A stretch of DNA of 64,000 nucleotides from contig QPMI01000204.1 of assembly GCA_004431415.1 (NCBI GenBank), positions 62,001 through 126,000 of the forward strand, read 5' to 3'. The notes under the pieces are model-generated. The model ran no database searches. It saw only the letters and a program-made list of their open reading frames with translations, and had not been told where the DNA came from. The DNA is from Cyanophora paradoxa CCMP329. Taxonomy: Eukaryota; Plantae; Glaucophyta. The position numbers were made by a program, and so were the translations under genes. Below, one piece after another: positions 49,798 through 62,800 of the stretch. Each line of letters opens with the position of its first letter. Position 1 is the stretch's first letter.

Positions 49798-52700
49798 ATG
49801 GCGAGCCACAAGGTCTACCTCTTCTCGCACAGCGGTGCGTTTTCGAAACAGCTGAATCGTGTAGAAGCTCGCTCATGTACCACAGGAGTTAAGGGTAGCA
49901 CCGCGCTGCGCTTCGAGGAGCTGCTGCAGACCCTGCCGAATGGACAGCGGATGTCGGTCCCGCTTCTCAAGCACCTCTCCGCCTCGCGTCCGTTGTGGCG
50001 TCCGCCGTGTTCGCCGTTGGTCGAACCTGCTAACTTTCTCGGCAGGCACGGATATGCTGGCTTGGGTACGGCAGCGAGGCTGGCACGCGCAGGTTCGCGT
50101 GCCGGCGTTGCTTGCTTAGCGTAACTCTGGCACCGCTGACGTTTTCGATAGGATATCAAGCAGGTCGTTGAGCAGACGGAGAGCCATGTTAACCTGTATC
50201 TGCAGCTCGTGCTTGGATTGGTGCGGGGCAGAGGCGGGAACCTTTCAGCACAATCCTTGATGTATGATCAATTTCGCGCAGGTGGATTCGGCGAATCGCC
50301 ATCCTGACCAAGTTATCCGGCGCTACTCGCAGCCTAGGCCGTCCGCGAACGCGTCGCCTTTCGTTGCCGTCCTCGAACACTGCATGGACGGCGGCGATCC
50401 GCCACACTACGTGGCGTCTTCGGTCTCGTTTCCCTCTGCTGCTGTGGGCGGCTTCTCGGGCGACTCTCCATGTCGCATGGGTGCTGCGAACGTGAGGTAA
50501 GGGTCGTTGTTTTGAGGGCGCATTTAATTCAGTGATTTTTTGGTGGGTATTCAGCTACAGCTGGACGAATGTTGTCGGAAGCAGCGAGTCGTCGTCGTCG
50601 AATGATGCCGCATTTGAGTTGCTCAGCTCGCTCGTAGCCTTCGGGCACTGGTGGCTTGCAGTCGCTTCCGCTGCCATCGAGGGGAGCAACCCTCAAGAGG
50701 TCTCTGCAACCACGCTTGCGTATGAGGCGTTTCTCAATGTTCGTGCATCGATCTCCTCATCCGCTTCGCTCTAATGAAAGACATACAGGCTGCTGGCATT
50801 TTCGAATATGTGATCGAGGCGCAAGGAGCTCTGCGCTTTAATCCCCCGCCGGATTGCTCTGATTTGCTCCCCGCCATGGTGCAATCACGCTTCTTTGCAA
50901 CTCCTCAATCACGTGAGGGCTAAGCTCTTGCTTGCTCACCAGCTTCGGGCGTGGTCGGCCGTCGCCGTTGCCCATGCTGAAGAGGTGCATCCATCCCCTT
51001 TCGAGACATTTGATTGAGGGAGCTGATCGAAATTCTGATGCAGCTGGCGTTGGACTGGGCGCTTCGGCAGAGTAACTATGTGGAAGACTCCCCTCTGCTT
51101 CTGTCTCGCCTGGCCACAGATGTGCGTCTTGGGCTCTCGCCGTCGTTTGAAACACCCAAACCATCGTGCGCGTGTCGCAGATTGTTCGAAAGCAACGCAC
51201 AGCTCTCGATTTGATCGCACAGACTGTTGCTGCAAACCCCCATGCGAACCACGAAGCCCGGTTGCGGAATCCCACGTGGACCGATGAGCAGGTTCATGCA
51301 CTTTTGGCACTTCAGAGTCTGTTAGACTGATCCTTGGCAGTGTGCACGCCTCGCGAAATTGAAAGCTTACCTCGGCTTCAAGGTGCGTATTTTTTTTGAC
51401 TGTGCATGTGACCACTGACACCAGTAGTACAGAGCACAGCATACGAGGCCATAGCTCTTTATTTTTCGGGGGCCGCTTTGAATCACGTGAAGAGAGGGTC
51501 CGTCGTCTTGCGAACAGTGGTATGTGTTTCAGGCCAGCGTGCGGGCAGTCGATTCACGCGACACCAGGGCCGCACGGCACAAGCTGCAAATGCGTCGAAG
51601 CGTGCGATTGAAATGCTCGAGGGTAACGTTTCTTTTTAATGCTTTAGGGACCAAGTGCTGAAGCTCGTCGGCTTTGTGTTGCCATCCACCAGACGCGCTC
51701 CGGGGAGCGCATGAGTATGTGCAAACGCTGGATGCAAGTGAGAACGCAACTTCGAAGGGCGCACCAGCCTCCCATTTGCGGGCCCTGCTGGACATTCCGA
51801 GAACATTCGTATCAAAGTGTGCTCCCGGCTGACCCTTTGTTGTACTCTTGCTCACGCGCGCCAAGCAGAATCCCTCCGCCCCAGGGGTCGCAAGAGGGGG
51901 ATGCCGGGGTTCCGCAACTTCCGTCCCCTCTCCAGGTGTACATTGCCCGTCGGACAGCGTGGGACAGCGTTGCCTTTGCTCACACTCTTGTAGATCGCCT
52001 TTCCTGCTCCTTGGGGTCTTCCCCCTCTGCACCCGTTGTGGGGCTCTCCTGGCGCAGCAGACACCGACAGCGGAAACTGGGCTCAATTCCAGCAATACCG
52101 CCAAAAAAACTCTGCCCGTCAGGCAGTGCGTCAGCTGCAGCTTTGACTTCGTGAGCCCGCTAACCTTGCCTTGTCTTCTGCAGGCGCTCGTGGAGGAGGT
52201 CGCTGCCCCTGGAGAGCACGCTGGATCAGGGCGCCCACTTGGCTCTACTGTTGCCGCCTCTTCGCGTTTCCGGTGCACTTTATGGCGGTGACTTTTCCCA
52301 TCAAAGGGCTCTGCCGCTGATGTCGGGCTTTGAAGCGCCCCGGCTACAACCAACAGCGGGGGAGCCTTGCAAGACACAATTTCAGGCGTCACCTACATAC
52401 CGATCCCTGGGCGCTTTGGTGGTCTGTCCTGTTCTTTTCACCCTTTGATGTGTTGTCTAGTTGCGTGATGCACCGTACAGGTATGGCATCGACACAGTCT
52501 AGCTGGGCCTCCGCCCCTAAGGAGAAGCGAGGGGCTGGCTTTGGGTCTGTGAAAAACACCTTCCTCAATCCGACGTGCATTCTCACTCTATGCAGGCCCA
52601 AGGCGATCGCAGCTCCCCGGGGCATCCCCCTTGAACAGGTAATGACTAATGTTCAAGCTTTGCCTGTGTGCTCACGCTTGCTGCAGGGCGCCACACGCCC

Positions 52701-53334
52701 TTCACGCCAGTCCTTCAGAGGGAGCGATGCTGGAGATTTACGATCACCCTCGCAAGGCGCAGCAACTCCTGCTTCGGCACGCTCCCTTTCCCCAAGCCCC
52801 TCAGGCCGTTCAACACCACCACCAGCCATGCACCCCATCCCCACTGGAGGCGCACGGGCAATCCCCCCAGGGCCATGGCAGCCATCTTCTGCAGACTCTC
52901 GAATCCCCACGCGTGACCAGCTGTCGAAGTGGACACCTCCGATCTTCGAGAAAGGCCGCAACAGCGGGCGACCTGATGAACTCATGGTTGCACCCATCGA
53001 TTCAAACTATATATCTGCCGTTGCAGTCTCTCCAGACGTTCGCAATTCCCTGCTCGGCTGTTTTGATTTCCCTAATCACGGTTGTCAGGAACACACCTTT
53101 ACGCGATTCGACCTTGCCTTTCAGGCCGATGATGAGCTTCCCCCTCCAAAATCGCGTGCTCTTCCAGCCAGCAAGCCGAAGAGGTGCATCCATCCCATTT
53201 CGAGTCATGGTTTGCATCTGAAATGCAAGTGCAGCAACAAGCATCGATCCCTGTTTTCCTGCTTCAGCGTGGAAGACAGCGATGATGAGTTGCCGGAGAA
53301 ACAAGAGAAAAGAAGCACATTTGGCTGGTTTTGA
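49798..53334 (+). CDS. BRO1-domain (BROX-like) protein with low-complexity C-terminus, multi-exon
   Basis: YSWTN..NDAAFELLSSL..W, AAGIFEYV, DLLPAM|LRAW; introns at ~52273-52335 and ~52422-52480 join the downstream ORF in frame. Confidence 0.65.
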
Positions 53335-53479
53335 TTGTGCATTCAGTGTGATTATACAACGCATTCAGTGTGATTTTACAACACAATGCTCTGATGTGGA
53401 GTTCAGCCAATGAGATTGAGGGGGAAGAGTTCGTTTCAGGATGTTGTCGCGATCAAAAAGTCGCGATCAAGGCTCACGA

Positions 53480-53894
53480 TCAGATCCAAATCAAAGCCCC
53501 GGCCCCGCCCTGGCCCCCCGTTGGCGTTGAACGGGCCGTGGCGTTGAAGGGTGCATGGATGGTGGTGGCGTTGAATTCGAACGGCCGGTCGAGGTGCGTT
53601 TAGAGGTCTCGAAATCCAAATCAAAGCCCGAGTGCGTTTAGAGGTCTCGAAAATCCAAATCAAAAGCCCCCGCCCGGTCGAGGTGCCGTTACGGGGCGCA
53701 CCCAGCTTGGTCAGGGCGTCCGTTACGACCAAAACTCGATTTCGATTTCGACCCCTCGGTTTCGATTTCGATCTCGACGCCGAGTTGCCTATTCAGAGAG
53801 ACTCTGAGAGCCCGTATGATTGCTCAGCGTACACTGCTAGCCCGAACAGCTACTGGGCTAGTCCATATAACGCGTGATGTATATCTGAAATGCA
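53480..53894 (+). mobile_element. MITE-like element copy D
   Basis: Same terminus ...ATATCTGAAATGCA; repeated AAATCCAAATCAAAGCCC units. Confidence 0.78.
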
Positions 53895-54550
53895 AACACT
53901 GACAATAGCATCCACCCCCTCAATCTCATTGGCAGTACAGACTTGGGTTAATTTTTAAAGACAGAGCGATTGCGTGAGTGCGCACTGTACATGTGCACGT
54001 CACGGCGTAGCTATATAGCTCTGTTTGCAAGCTTCTCGGAATTTTGTTTTCGAACAGCTCGATCGCGCCGACTCTGGGGTACACATTTCCCGGTGACTCT
54101 GGGGTTTGCTGTATACGTCAGTGCATCATGGCATGTGTGGCCCGTCGGTGCAGGCTTACTCCAGGGGCTCCGGCCCGGCGGCTGGGCGCCACCGCCGCTT
54201 CAACACGATCGCGAGAGTCCGCACCCGCATGTACATGTAGCTGCGCGTGTACATGTAGCTGAGCGTGCGATTTCAGTACTAGTACGTGAACGCAGGGGTA
54301 CAGTCTCCTCGTCCGCCGCCCCGTACCCGGGGAAGTCTGGCGATCGGGTGAGACCGATCGCTTCACGCTGTGTCGCGCCGCCTCAATCAATCGCCGTTTC
54401 TCGCGCGCATCCGGTCAGCTGCTCGGCGTCCCTGTGTCGTAGCGTCGATGCGGTAATCCGCCGCGCGAGCGGTAATCCTGCCGCGTCGAAGAATCGGCGC
54501 TGGTCAGCGAGCGGTAATCCTGCCGCTTCGAAGAATCGCGAGCGGCGCCG

Positions 54551-57500
54551 ATGCCGAATCTGGCGCGCCCTTCGGGGCGCTCGGTCGTGCACCGAGCCCG
54601 CGTCCACGAGTGGACGCCGTCGGCGATCACGTGCCTCAATGCCTCTCGCGACGGAAACCGCCTCGCTGCTGGCCGGGAGAACGGCAACATCGAGATCTGG
54701 ACAGTCGCTGGCTCTAGCTCCGTCTGTGATCAGGTGCTTCGCCAAGGCGCGTGCGGTGTCCCTCACTCTAACCGTCGAACTGCTTAGTGCATCAGCGGCA
54801 AGCCGGGTGGAGCCCCTCGCAGCCTGGTCTGGAAGTCCGCGACAAAGCAGCATCCGGTCGATCGCCTGTTCAGCGCTGGCGACGGTGGCGAAGTCGTGGA
54901 ATGGGATCTGGCAACCCTCAGCCCAAAGGTGCGGAGAGAGTCCCCCCATCTGTTTTGTGACGATGCTGAATTTTCCTTCGGGAGCAGTCAGTTGAGCGGT
55001 CCTTTGGTGGGATCATTTGGGCCCTTGCGATCGATCCGTCCGAAACTCTGCTTGCGGCCGCTTGCGATGACGGCGCCGTGCGCATTTACAACATCCTCGA
55101 CTGCGAAGGAATCGAGTTCGCGTTCAGCCTGACCAAACAAGAAGGTGCGCCGTGTCCCCGCTCGCTTTACACGGGGGGTCATTCCACTCACGCAGCGCGC
55201 CTCTTGTCCATTGCTTGGGATCCTAAGGGGGAGCGCGTCGTGACCGGCGGAGCGGACGGGAGCCTTCGCATTTGGGATGTCGAGAGAAAATGCACCGTCT
55301 TGCGGATCAGCGCTGGTCAGGCTAAGCGGAAGCGTGCAAATCCCGTATGGGCTGTTGCCGTTCTAGGGTTCGCCGCCTTGATCATGTTGAACGACCTTCA
55401 TTCTTTTCTGGCTCGTGACTCGCGAACAGTGACAGCACCGTCGTGAGCGGCGATGATCAGGGCCAAGTGCAGCTGTTTGAACCCACGAACGGTAGCCGCA
55501 TGAAGATTTTCGAAGAGCACCAGTCACACGTGCGGGCGCTCGCGGTGGATCATGAGCGCCGTCTCTTGTTCTCGGCTGGAACAGACGCGACAATACTGAA
55601 GTATTCGCTCGCCTCGGATGACGAGGTCCGCCGTCGTTCTCCTCTTTCGTTGTCATCTCGCGGAAATTCTGTGCGCAGTGGGTCGTTTCGGAAAAGCGAT
55701 CGAATTTGCACACACACGATATCAGGAGTTTGACGTGCGCCGCTGGGAGGATCTTCTCTGGTGGATCAGACACGATCATTTTTGGGCTGAGTACTGGTTC
55801 GGCATTCACTACGAACCGGTGCTCGCTGTGAACTGCGGTTGAAGACGCCAGCTTATCGATTTGCAGACCGACAAAGATCGTGGAGATACCTCGGCAGCTT
55901 GTTCACATTTCTCCAGAAAGCGGACTTGCGCTTTTCCAGTACGACCGGCGCGTCGAACTGCGTGCCATTCTGGCCGGTGAGCGCATCTTTTCTATTTCGC
56001 TGATCTCTGCTCATATTGTGGTGATAGAGCGGTCCGAGACGGCGATGTTCGACGACCACGATGAGAGGTCTTTGTACCCGCTCGCCGAGATTCGGATTGG
56101 GGTGCGCACATTACATCATTTCCTTTTCGATCATCGAATGTGTGCTTCAGGACGGTGAACGGAATCTGGTTTCGAGCGCATTTGCTGGTGATGCAAAGCG
56201 CTGTCTTGTTGCTGTCTCCGATGGCTCTGAACGGACCCTGCTCTTCCGCGTGGAGGTTCATTAAACGACCCGCTCTTGTGCTTCTCTCCGCCTAACCTGC
56301 ATGTAGGCTCCGCCAAGCACGACGCTCCTTGCAACAGCAAGAGCAGCTTGTGAAGACAGAGAAGTCGACAGCCCATCCGTACACCCAGTCCCACTCCCTC
56401 CCAAGGTGCGTCGAAGGTTATCTTGCTTTTTATTGCGCACCACTGAGAACACATCCAGATATCTGGGGCGTACTCGCTCAGCTTCACAAGGGACGGGCGT
56501 CGACTCGTCGTCGCAGGATCCAGAGGAAGCCTGCACATCGTGGACACGACTTCAGACGAAGCTGCACGCCTTCTCAACTCATTCCCACTGGCGCAAGCAG
56601 CGCTGAATCCCCTGCATCCCCTGACGGAGGGTGAGCTCTTATGATATCGAGAAGGCAACGTTTTCCGATTGGGGCGATGACGATCCTCATATTTGCTACT
56701 AACGACCCAAGGGGATTGATTACAAACCGAACCACCAAGAATCTGTTCTGAGCCCTAAATCTAGCTTCTCGAACGAAGCAAGGCCCCCGACCCTGCTACC
56801 GTACTCATTCATCTCGCGCTTTTTGCAGAGAAGCACGATTCCGCACGTGGCCTCGACCGGAAGCGACCACCAGTTTTCGGGTTCGAAGCTCATATCACCT
56901 GCCCCGGCTTCTTGCTCAAGCTTGGTTCGTCCGCAGCATGGTAGCCAGCAACGACAAGCCAGGACCCCCTGGGCCTGTCGCTGTATCAACCGATGGTCAA
57001 TGGGCGGCGGTTGCCAACCAGAACAATCGGCTTCTCGTGTTTAATCTCGACACCATGAAGGTCCGCGACATAGCTGTCTTGTTGCATACAATTTGCCACC
57101 CATGATTCGTCTCCCCTCAGCTTGATACCGACCTTGGAGTGTTGGAAGGCCGGTTGACAGCACTAGCATTCCATCCTCGAAGTCCGTCCTCGTTGGTTGC
57201 AGTGTGCGCATCTAAGCGTTTCTTTATCTTCGATGTGGAAAAAGGGTAAGCACCGGGTTCGTTCATTCTCACAATCGGGATCCGCTCATAGTGCAGCAGC
57301 GGCTTGTCTGAGTGGAGCCGCGAGTACTCTTCCGCCCTACCGGACTCTTATATGCAAGCTCCTGGCCAAGTCACGGGGGTAGCATTTGACCCAGACCGCC
57401 CGTCTGTGATCCTACTGTCGTCCCCCCGCTGGCTCTGCTCCGTCGACCTTGACAAGGTGTGCTCCAATCTTGTCTGTGGTCGGGCTCCTTATCTGGTCAA

Positions 57501-57983
57501 TGCACGTGGCATGTGATGATCAAATATTTGCTATTTGATCCCGCGGGGATTTGAGAGAAATGCAAACCACCAAGAATCTGTTCTGAGCCATTGACATTGT
57601 CATCGCTCTCTGTCTAGACCAGTTCCCCCACCCCCGGCTGGTTTGCGCGATTTTGCTGTCTTATCCTTTGATGTTGCTGTGCAGCCGGTGTCGGCTACAA
57701 CTTCTGCTGCCTCCGAGGGCCTTGACAAGCGCAAACGCAAGAGGTGCATTTTTTTCTCCCTCGATGTCTTTCAACTTGCCGGCGCTTAGTCGATTCTGGC
57801 AGGAGTGCTCTGCCCATTGCAGCTGCATCCCCTCGCGCGAACTTTTTGATGTCAACAAGGTTTCGCTTCGTACTCAGTGCCGATTTCATGGGTCCCTCGC
57901 AACTCCTTGTTATGGAGAGACCATGGGCAGCGATTCTGCAATCTCTTCCACCAGCCTTCGCAACCCGGCGATTCGGCACATGA
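54551..57983 (+). CDS. UTP4: U3 snoRNP WD40 protein Utp4/Cirhin, multi-exon
   Basis: VHRARVHEWTPSAITCL..RLAAGRENGNIEIW; WD40 repeats; C-terminal LLVMERPW...LPPAFATRRFGT*. Confidence 0.92.
56669..56758 (+). ncRNA. Intronic box C/D snoRNA, U24/snR24-like (copy 1)
   Basis: Terminal stem TTGGGGC/GCCCTAA, degenerate box C ATGACGA, guides ATATTTGCTAC and ACCACCAAGA complementary to the conserved LSU rRNA segment UCUUGGUGGUAGUAGCAAAUAU, box D CTGA at 56748. Confidence 0.8.
57507..57590 (+). ncRNA. Intronic box C/D snoRNA, U24/snR24-like (copy 2)
   Basis: Stem TGGC/GCCA, box C GTGATGA, guide AATATTTGCTA plus D' TTGA, guide ACCACCAAGA, box D CTGA at 57583; in an unusually long intron (57458-57617). 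Confidence 0.88.
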
Positions 57984-58309
57984 GGTCGAGCACTCCTTAG
58001 TGTAGCTTCGCTAAAATTTAGCCCATCTGGGGTTTCAATTTCAATTACTTTCAATTCCGCCCCAAAAGCTGCATTTTGACGTGAGAATCGCGGTATCTAG
58101 CAAAAGCCAGGCTCAGCGTCAAGCGACGCGAGGCCGGGACTGACAAAGCCAGGATCCGCAGTCAGCGACCGAAGGCCGGGACGGCGCCACGGCACCATTC
58201 ACGGTCTCGCCCGGGCTCAGTCTTCGTAGGCCAATCGAACTCGAAGCCACCCTTGCAAGGCACCCTTGACCGCCCAAAAAGTGGCCTTGATCCCAAGGCC
58301 CGCATAGCC

Positions 58310-58689
58310 CGTGTCGGCTGGGAGCTCGCATGGAGCTCGCATGCCATGCAGCGAGCACTCAGCCGGGACTCCCAAGCACTATGGACATCATGATTTTCAT
58401 GGACTTTCATAGATGTCAGTTGGGCAAAGCTGTGAATGCAGCAATCGGCAAAATCCCAATGCGGGCCTGTTCCCAATGCAAAGAATGATTCGAATTTGTG
58501 CAGCATCTCCGAGAGAATTTGTGCGGCTTTGATTTGGATTTCGAGACGTCGACCTCTCTAAACGCACTCGCCGAGTCGGGCTTTGATTTGGATTTCGAGA
58601 CCTCTAAACGCAGTCCAGATAACACAGATTTCGAGCCCTAACAGCTACTGGGCTAGGTCAGATAACACGTGACGTATATCTGAAATGCA
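58310..58689 (+). mobile_element. Composite MITE-like copy E
   Basis: Segments match 27197-27305, 29446-29525 and 25332-25383; ends ...ATATCTGAAATGCA. Confidence 0.78.
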
Positions 58690-58727
58690 AGGTGCTACAG
58701 TACATCATTAGTCGAATGCAGTCACAA

Positions 58728-59787
58728 TCACTTTCGAAAAGGGTTCACAGCTTTCGGACGTGGATTTGATGTTGCTGGAACTACAGGAGGGGGCCCACCT
58801 GAGGATCCATTGTCTGCCTTGGGCTGTGATGAGCTGAAGAAAGCATGTATCGAACGTTGGCTGGGATCAACTGCTGCCTGCTTGCCTTTTGCATGGCAGG
58901 TCTTGCTGGCACCTTTGCCCTTCCCAGCAGTGGCAGTGGACCGTGACGCAACCGGTGCTGTCGTCGATGAGTGTGTTTGTGTAGTGCTTCCAGATTGTGC
59001 AGATGGACCGATATGTGCAGGATGCCGTTGATGCACAGACTGCTGGATGGCCTGTTGCGGTACGGCTGCTTGCAGTTGCAATGCGCTGCTGTTCGCCCCC
59101 ACGATTGTTTGCCGAGGTGGGACTGTTGGCACTGCTGTGGCGGGAAGAACTCGTGCCTCTGCAGAAGGAGGAACTGGTGCCTCTGGACTTCGATTTGGGC
59201 CATTAGGCTGGACTTTGAGGCCGGGATTCTTGACGGCTGGAGGGTGTGGAGCTCGAGATGCTGGGACATCGTGTTCAAGCATGGCCAGCTCAAAGCCCAG
59301 GCTGACGTCCATGCTGCTCGGGTTGGCATCATTCGTTATGTTCTGAAGAGGTGTCCGTTGTGGGGCGTCTGTTCGGGAGTCCGCTGCGTCCAATTTTCGC
59401 ATCTTGCACGCGGGGTTCCTGCTGGGAGAAGTTGCAGTGGATGAGGCGGGCGATCCCTCTGAAGGAGCTGGAGCTTGCTTTGCAGCAGGAAGAAAGGCAG
59501 GTACTTCTCTGCTTCCCTGCTTCAGCTGCTGAGATGCAACACGAAATAGAAGCACGTGTCACCTGATGCTTTCCCTGGGAGTGGGCACCACGAAGAGATG
59601 CCCATTGCTTGGTAGAGGATAGACCTTTGCCACAAATCAGCCACAGAAGAATTCGCCAAAGAAAATGACGAACCCAGCTTCGTGGGATCAGCAGGGAGAA
59701 GAGGCGCTCAAAGAAGGGCTCGGCAGCAAGTGTTGCGCGAGAACCAACCTGGGCACAGAATCGATACAATGGAATGTGTGTGTGTGT

Positions 59788-59818
<31 letters not shown>

Positions 59819-62800
59819 GGGGGGGGGGCCAATCGTGCACACCATCACAAGTTTGCAGCGGGCACGGGTAAATGCGACATTCAAACGCCGCCAGTCACGG
59901 AGGAGGTCGCCCACCTGCACTCGCGTGATCGAAAAAGCGTTTTGTCTCAAGCACTAAGATATTGGCACGTTGCACCAGGCTGCTTTGGTTGGAGCGAACA
60001 AAGGAGATCAGAATGCAAGCCTTATCACGCCCCTGCAACATTGCAGCGTTCAAAAATGTATGTGATACACCAAGTGAAGCGTTTGCACCTGGTATTTATC
60101 GATGGTGTGCACGTCAAGTGTTGCAGAAACACCAGGGCCCAGCGCATTTCGAAGGTTTGAAGCAATCAAGCGGACCTGTGGACAACTCAGGGAGAGCAAA
60201 TTCAGCTGCACAATCGAGGGAGGAACCTGTGAGCGGTACGGGGAAATCACACCCATGTCGCTTGCATTAACACCAGCTGAAATTAAGGTAGTCACGAGGC
60301 TCGATACAAGGCGAGCCTCCCCATCGTTGTGGACGGATTCCGCCCCACGACTCTCCAGGGCAGGACATGTGTCTGTATCCAAGAAGAGAACCCTGTTGCT
60401 TTAAGGGGAAAGGAGTTAAAAAGAGTCGAGATCACGCTGCCAAAGCCAGACGTTCAACAAACCAAGGGTTCAGGGCGGCGGTGAGCCAGGCAGGCATTTG
60501 TGATTCCCGAATCACTTGGTCCAGCCAGGGCACCTTGAGTGTTGCCTGCACCATGGAAAGTGGGAAGGTCTGTTCCAAAAACCGTATCGGGAACCAAAAG
60601 CACGTACTGTAGCAACATCATCACTCCCACATCGCAGCTACGATCATGGTCGGAAAAGAGCAACGATTTCAACAATCAATGGCATACTCTGTTCGAATAA
60701 ACAAGGGAATTGGAGAGAAGCATGATGTCTGCAGCCATCCGGTACTGTGTCTCCAACTCCACCTTTGCTGCAGGGTGGGCTTCACACAAGCGCTGCAAGC
60801 AGTATTAACGGCTCGTGGATTTCATTAGCGGAAAGATAGCGCAAAAAACCTGGAACAGGGGAGTCGACATGCCCAGTGCCCGTGCTTGAACGTTCTTGAC
60901 GACTGGCGGCAGCTGCACACGGTATGATGTTCGATATGGGGGAGTGTATCGAGCAGCCGACCTGATTATGGTCCCCAACAAGCACGAACGATCGTCCAAA
61001 TCTGATTGGCCCAAGGCATGCAGCTTCGGACAGTTGGCTCGCCTCATCTACTATCACCACATCGAAATGCCCTCGCTGCAAACGGCTCTCGTCTGTTGCA
61101 GGAGCTTTACGTGAGGAGACGGCATCTCACCTTCGAGAACAATGGGTGGGAGACACCGAGGCAGGTGCTCCCCACAAGCTGGGGGCCCATGAGGCGAGCT
61201 GTGCGCTGTCAAAAAAAAAGCGAATCGAGAAAAGATGCACAAGGTCTTACCTTTGAGCTGGGCGAGCGAATCAATCTTTCCAGCTCCATGGATTGTGTGC
61301 CGTTGCAGATCTGCGTGAACTTGCGATGGATTGCCCACCCTAAGGAAATCGACCCCCATCTCTTGCAACTGTTTGCAAGACTCAGCCTTTCACAGTCCAC
61401 CACATCAGTTAGAAGAGCACCTTCAGGAGGATGTTGTCCACAGCCGTGTGCGTGTGGGCGGTAACGAGGACAGATTGTCCAAGTGCAAGAAGGACACGAA
61501 CAAGCACAGCAATACAGGTCGTCTTTCCAGTACCTGGCATTCCGAGCAGCAGCACGTAATCTTGCGCTGAAGCAGGGGCTTAAAAATTATGATAATTAAG
61601 AAGAAGATGAACATCTCTGACCTGTAAGCACAGCCCTCAGCGCGTGCAGCTGGTCGCTATTCAAAGCCTCGAAAACCTGAAGGGCCTTGACCCTGAAGAG
61701 AGAGTCACAGTGCGAAAATCATGTCTGCAACGAAATTCCAATTGGGCACCGCGGATCAGCAAGGAGAGTGTCAGCAACTTCTCTTGGGGAGAACGCAGGC
61801 ACAGCAAGGTCCACCACCAACTCTCGAAGGCGGAACTCCTTCTGTAGAAAAAGCGAAGAAAGGTTCTCCTGCAGCTAGAATAACTCCCCCAGTCGGCACA
61901 GATGCATGCATCACATGTACCTTGAGCAATCCATAGCCAGCACGGCTTTCATCCTTGTCCACTCGCCAGCAGGCAGCCGACAGAAGAGAGCCATCATCGT
62001 CCTTCAGAGATTGCCATTCGCCAGCTGTTGACTTCGAAGGTCGGGCAGCACCAGCATGGCAACCCAAAGCCTCAATGTCGATCAGCTCCTCCAGTTCCCT
62101 CCCTGCTGCACCAGTTGGGGCGTATTGCAGAGGCCGAGCCTGCAAGACGTTCCTCAGCACTGCAAGCGGGGTTTGGGCAACTGTGCATGGGCACACAGTG
62201 AGGGGCTTCTGAAGCCTGACAACGAAGGTATCCGAATTGAGATCCTGCAAATCCGTGTGAGGGTGAGAGTAGTGAAATTCTCTCTAACTACACTCTCACT
62301 TCCAAGCGGCCAGCAGCGACTGCGAAGGGGCCGCCCTCAACGCTGACGACTATGCTGTCGCCTTCAGATAACTGCCCGGAAAGTCAGGCTGGAGCACCTC
62401 AGTGGCCAAAAGGCAGACCTGTAACTCCAAGAAGCTGCGAGGTCCTTCTGGATCTGAAGGGCATGCCGACTCCAGTGTGCGTTTCTGTCGCTGGAACCGA
62501 TAAAGGAAGGCGCCTGTCGCATTGTCGCGACTGACAGCAAAAGGGGCCACGTTCGCAAAGCATCTGCCCAGACGCTGGCGCCTGTCTGATGAATACCTCC
62601 AGACTTCGCTCTTGATATCTGTAATCGACCTTGTGACAAGCTTTTGTGAGGCCTCAGAGATCACATGAAAAGGAAGAACTGGCCACACCCAAACTCGAGA
62701 TCGAGCATCGTATTCCAGCTGCGAAGATATTCCAAGTGTCTCTCGTTAAGATGATCCAGTGACTGCATATTTTATTGTCAGTACAGGAATTCCCCAGAAT

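Noticed and set aside
59775-59828. Telomeric repeat
   Set aside because: Simple intronic microsatellite; the poly-G length may be a sequencing artefact.
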